Shown here piece by piece: positions 60,599-64,000 of a DNA stretch of 64,000 bases. Position 1 is the stretch's first letter; each line of letters begins with the position of its first letter. Location of the stretch: assembly GCA_964188305.1 (NCBI GenBank), contig OZ076902.1. One strand, 5' to 3'. This stretch comes from Podarcis bocagei. Its lineage: Eukaryota. Below the pieces are notes generated by a model. That model searched no databases, was not told where the DNA came from, and saw only the letters and a program-made list of their open reading frames with translations. The translations under genes and the position numbers were made by a program.

Positions 60599-63500
60599 CT
60601 GTAAGAGTTGCAGCAAAGCCCCTTGTGTACAACTGATTTAAACTGGAAATCTGGTTTTAAACTTTAAACCCATCAATGATTCTCCTACTGCATTAAGCAG
60701 AGGTGGTGAACCCTTGGCCCTCCAGGTGTTGCTGAGCTACATCTCCCATCATCAAGGCTGATGGGAGTTCTAGTTCAATACCTTATGGCGGGCCATAGAT
60801 TTCCCACCTGGCTAAGAGTTTGCAGGAAACTGCCCTGATGTATGTGGGAAACTAAATATTATCTCTTCAGCATAAGCATCAACATTTAATATTTATATTT
60901 AGTGAAGAGATTTGAGACCATCTGCTCTGCCACCCATGTTCTGGAGCCTAATGATCACAAGGCACGTGTGGTCCCTTTAGAAAACCAAACAGTACAGGGC
61001 AGCCTGCTGGATAGATTTGACTGACCACTCTGAAATGCTTATGTGAGAGTTGACCACCTTCCCACCAATATCACACAGCTCTGTCCTCTCATTATGTCCC
61101 TCTCTCGCTTCCCTACATGCATACAGCCTGGCTCTCTAGAGCCGTATGAGAGGTTGTCTGATCTAAACTGCTTCTCTTCAGCCTTGACAGCTGCACTGAC
61201 TTTCAGCATTCCAGGACTGCCCCCCTTTCTTAAGCAGTTAAAAATATGAATATGTCTGTGCCATCTTAGAAATTGCTTTGGAAGATGGACTAATCGTATT
61301 TAATACCTCTGAGCAGTATAGATGTCTGTGGCTGATGCATTCGGCCTGGCAGCATATTCCAGCAGGAGAACTCCTATGTAAAGCAAATATATAGGTGGTT
61401 AACATTACTGAGCTATTGTCCAAGTAACATTCTGCTACAGCAGGGAGGGGAAACCTCAGGTTAAGGGGTCAAATATGGCCCTCAAGCACCACTTAACCTG
61501 GCCCTTAAGACTCTCCCTACACCAACCCCTCACTACACTTCTGTCATATCCTATTTGCATGTTTAGGCTGGCTGGAATATTCCCTTGAGCTCTAATAATG
61601 CTGCTTGCTGGAGGACAGAGGTGCACAGAAGCTACTCTATTGCAAAAGGTAAAATTTACATTTATTTCTCCACCACTTTGGGTTTGGGCATTACTCATCA
61701 CAGGTCTGTGGTCCCTGAAATGTTTCCCTGAATGGTATGCAACCCTCTAACTGAAGAAAGTTCCCCATGCCTGTGCCAGAGACCTGTCAGTCATACGTGA
61801 GTCATTCTGGCCCATGGTGGGCCTTTGTGGCATACAGACTAGTCTGTGAATATCCCCCCACCCCCGTATACACCTAATGCCACTAAAGTAACAGCAGTCC
61901 AAATATCTAGTGCCATCTCTTTCCCACCCCTGCCGGGTGTTTTGTCTTTGCCAAATTTAATTCCAGAGGCAAAAACTGAAAAATGGGATTTAAACTAGAA
62001 GGTAGTGAAGATAACGTTTCCAGATGGGTGTATGCCTGAGGAAGTACAGTAGTCAATAGATCAGGTAGTCACAGGTGGTGGAACAGATAATGGCAGTGAT
62101 TGGGAGCAACAAGGAAAGCCATTGGCTTCTCTGAAATTATACTGATCACTGGCAGCCTGCTTGCTTAAAACGACAGCGGTTCACAAGGACAGGAGATTGT
62201 GCATCCAGTATCTTCTGAAGAATTCCGAGACATGTTCTTAGGAACAATTGCCTCAGTGAAAATAAACTATTGCAGCTTGATGTGCTGGCTTTCCAAGAAA
62301 TTCAGTTCTGTGCTAGTAACTTAAATCTTTTTGATGTCCATTGATTTGGTGCTGCCCTCTTGTGTACTGCTATGTGCCATATGATGTTAGTTGTACTAAG
62401 GGAGCCAGACTCTCCTTTGTATCAGGAACTAGAACACATTTTGTGCCTGTCAAAAATCCTCTTTTGATTGTCAAGGTATTAGAAACAGCTGTTTTTCAAT
62501 TATGGATTTCTTCTCCCTATCCCAAAGTAAATTTATTGCATCTTTTACATTAAGACATTTTACACCTGCCTGAGATGAGTCACTTGCTACGTGGCTGTGC
62601 ATCCAGTCAAAAAAATACCACTTTTTAATCATTGGTCATAGACTCGCAGTGCAGAGTTGGGTTGGAAGATCACCCAGAAATGCCCGGTGGTCATAAGCTT
62701 CAGCGTACTTCAGTGGTATTCTACATCATTCTGTAGTAAGCTGGCAAAGTGATTATTTAACAGCATTTTCATTACCTCCATAGATCCGTGCCAGAGCATA
62801 GGCAAAGTCTCTTGCAGACAGCTGCATCCCGGCTTCCCCCTTTAAGCTTATTTTCTGAGTGAACTGTTTGAGTTTGTGGAGAGAATTTTGAACTATTTGC
62901 ACAGAAAGTTCCAGTTCAGTAATGCTAAGCGCCACCTTCAACTTGGTCTGCAAGGAAATAAAACATATGTTTCTCGAAACAGCCAGTTCTGCTGTCCAAT
63001 CTAAACCATATTTTCAGCTGTTAGCAAATCTGAACAAAAGTTTACATTTTCCCCCAGACAACTATGTTGATCTGAACAAGAAAGAGCCTTAGGGTACCTT
63101 AAAGAATTTACAGTTGTTAGTATGACATAATGTTTTAAGAACTTGAGTCCACTTTATCACAAGTGTAAGTGTTATCACATAGTGCAATTGGGAGGGTCCT
63201 CCAGCTATTGTTAGACTATACCTATCATTCCTTAATAGTGCTCATGTCAGCTAGGTGATGGAGACTCCAAATCCCATGTTGCAGCTTCCCAATCACATCT
63301 GGAAGGTCATGCCCCCCCCCCTTGTCATAGAATAAAATGTTTCATTGTTTTATTGCTTGCTTGCTTGCTGCCCTGGGCTCCTTTGGGTGGAAGGATAGAA
63401 TTTAAATTTAACAAAATCACACACACACACACCCTATATACCCAGTTAATGATTATGCTCTGGAGGTGAGGGCCTTCTGCAGATGCCATCTTAGTAGGAG

Positions 63501-63770
63501 GTTCATTCCACACATTGTAACAATATGGCCTTTAGGGTTCTGGCACCTGCCCTTTGGAATCTGCTCCCTTTGAACATTATGTGCCAATTCTGTTGCCTTT
63601 TTGGTACCTGCTGAAGACCTTCCTCTTTCAACAAGCCTTTTAAGCGGATATATTTCCCAGTCTGCATCTGTACTGGAATGGTTTTTAAGATGTTTGATTG
63701 TTTTATTGCTTGCTTGCCTGCTGCCCTGGGCTCCTTTGGGTGGAAGGATAGAATATAAATTTAACAAAAT

Positions 63771-63802
<32 letters not shown>

Positions 63803-64000
63803 TAACATCAGCCCCTGCCAGCACAACTCTGTTGGCCATGGCTGTTGGAAATTGCAGTCAAAACCATTAGGAAGGCACCAGGTTGGAAGGTAGGCATAGT
63901 TTAGGATTACATTTGTAGCAGTGACATTAACAGTAATGTGTCCTTGTTGAGGAATGCTCACCTGGGCAGTAGAGAAAAATGCATCCAGCACTTTTCCTTG
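60472..64000 (-). CDS. 3' part of an AidB/ACDH-11-type acyl-CoA dehydrogenase-like gene (partial; continues beyond the window)
   Basis: Exons 63962->64000, 62776-62947, 61307-61373 and 60472-60598 with GT-AG sites and matching phases (0,1,2) give ...QGKVLDAFFSTAQ|TKLKVALS...ARDFAYALARIYG|GVLLLEYAARPNASATDIYTAQR|WCHQDMCPV...HPVLKGRL*. Confidence 0.8.
61307..61373 (-). CDS. ACAD-like exon (GVLLLEYAARPNASATDIYTAQR)
   Basis: TTTACATAG| ... GAG|GTATTA on minus strand; 67 nt; phase 1-2. Confidence 0.82.
62776..62947 (-). CDS. ACAD-like exon (TKLKVALSITELEL...LSARDFAYALARIYG)
   Basis: TTTCCTTGCAG| ... GAG|GTAATG on minus strand; 172 nt. Confidence 0.85.
63337..63797 (+). mobile_element. L2-like 3' fragment with a duplicated ~95-bp 3' end and (CA)n tails
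   Basis: 63337-63432 nearly identical to 63690-63785. Confidence 0.65.
63962..64000 (-). CDS. ACAD-like exon, truncated by window edge (QGKVLDAFFSTAQ)
   Basis: Minus-strand donor CAG|GTGAGC, phase 0. Confidence 0.75.

Noticed and set aside
58800-64000. HORMAD2 exons expected from human synteny
   Set aside because: No HORMA-domain-like peptide recognised; the exons found belong to a different minus-strand gene.

Overview
Vertebrate genomic DNA from a squamate reptile; the Sauria SINE copies suggest a lacertid lizard. There are two assembly gaps (2918-3117 and 51381-51552). Most of the window is one + strand gene, MTMR3 (myotubularin-related phosphoinositide 3-phosphatase). It has a CpG-island promoter and first exon near 2.2-2.9 kb, a probable 45-nt UTR exon, and an exon ending exactly on the ATG (24105-24107). 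Sixteen further constitutive coding exons run to the stop at 56217, giving 1158 aa by my exon sum. There is also a 27-nt microexon inside the FYVE domain and a ~2.5-kb 3' UTR. The 111-nt alternative exon known from mammals is not visible and may lie in the second gap. At the right end, four short minus-strand exons splice in frame into the C-terminus of a convergent gene that the ORF track shows only in fragments. It looks like an AidB/ACDH-11-type acyl-CoA dehydrogenase ending in a PTS1-like KGRL. Introns carry many squamate repeats: Sauria and other tRNA-derived SINEs, L2/CR1/L1 fragments, hAT and Tc1-mariner/pogo MITEs. These include a very young CpG-rich hAT MITE and a pogo/Tc2 derivative nested in a SINE. 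Family assignments come from recognition of the sequence, not from database searches.
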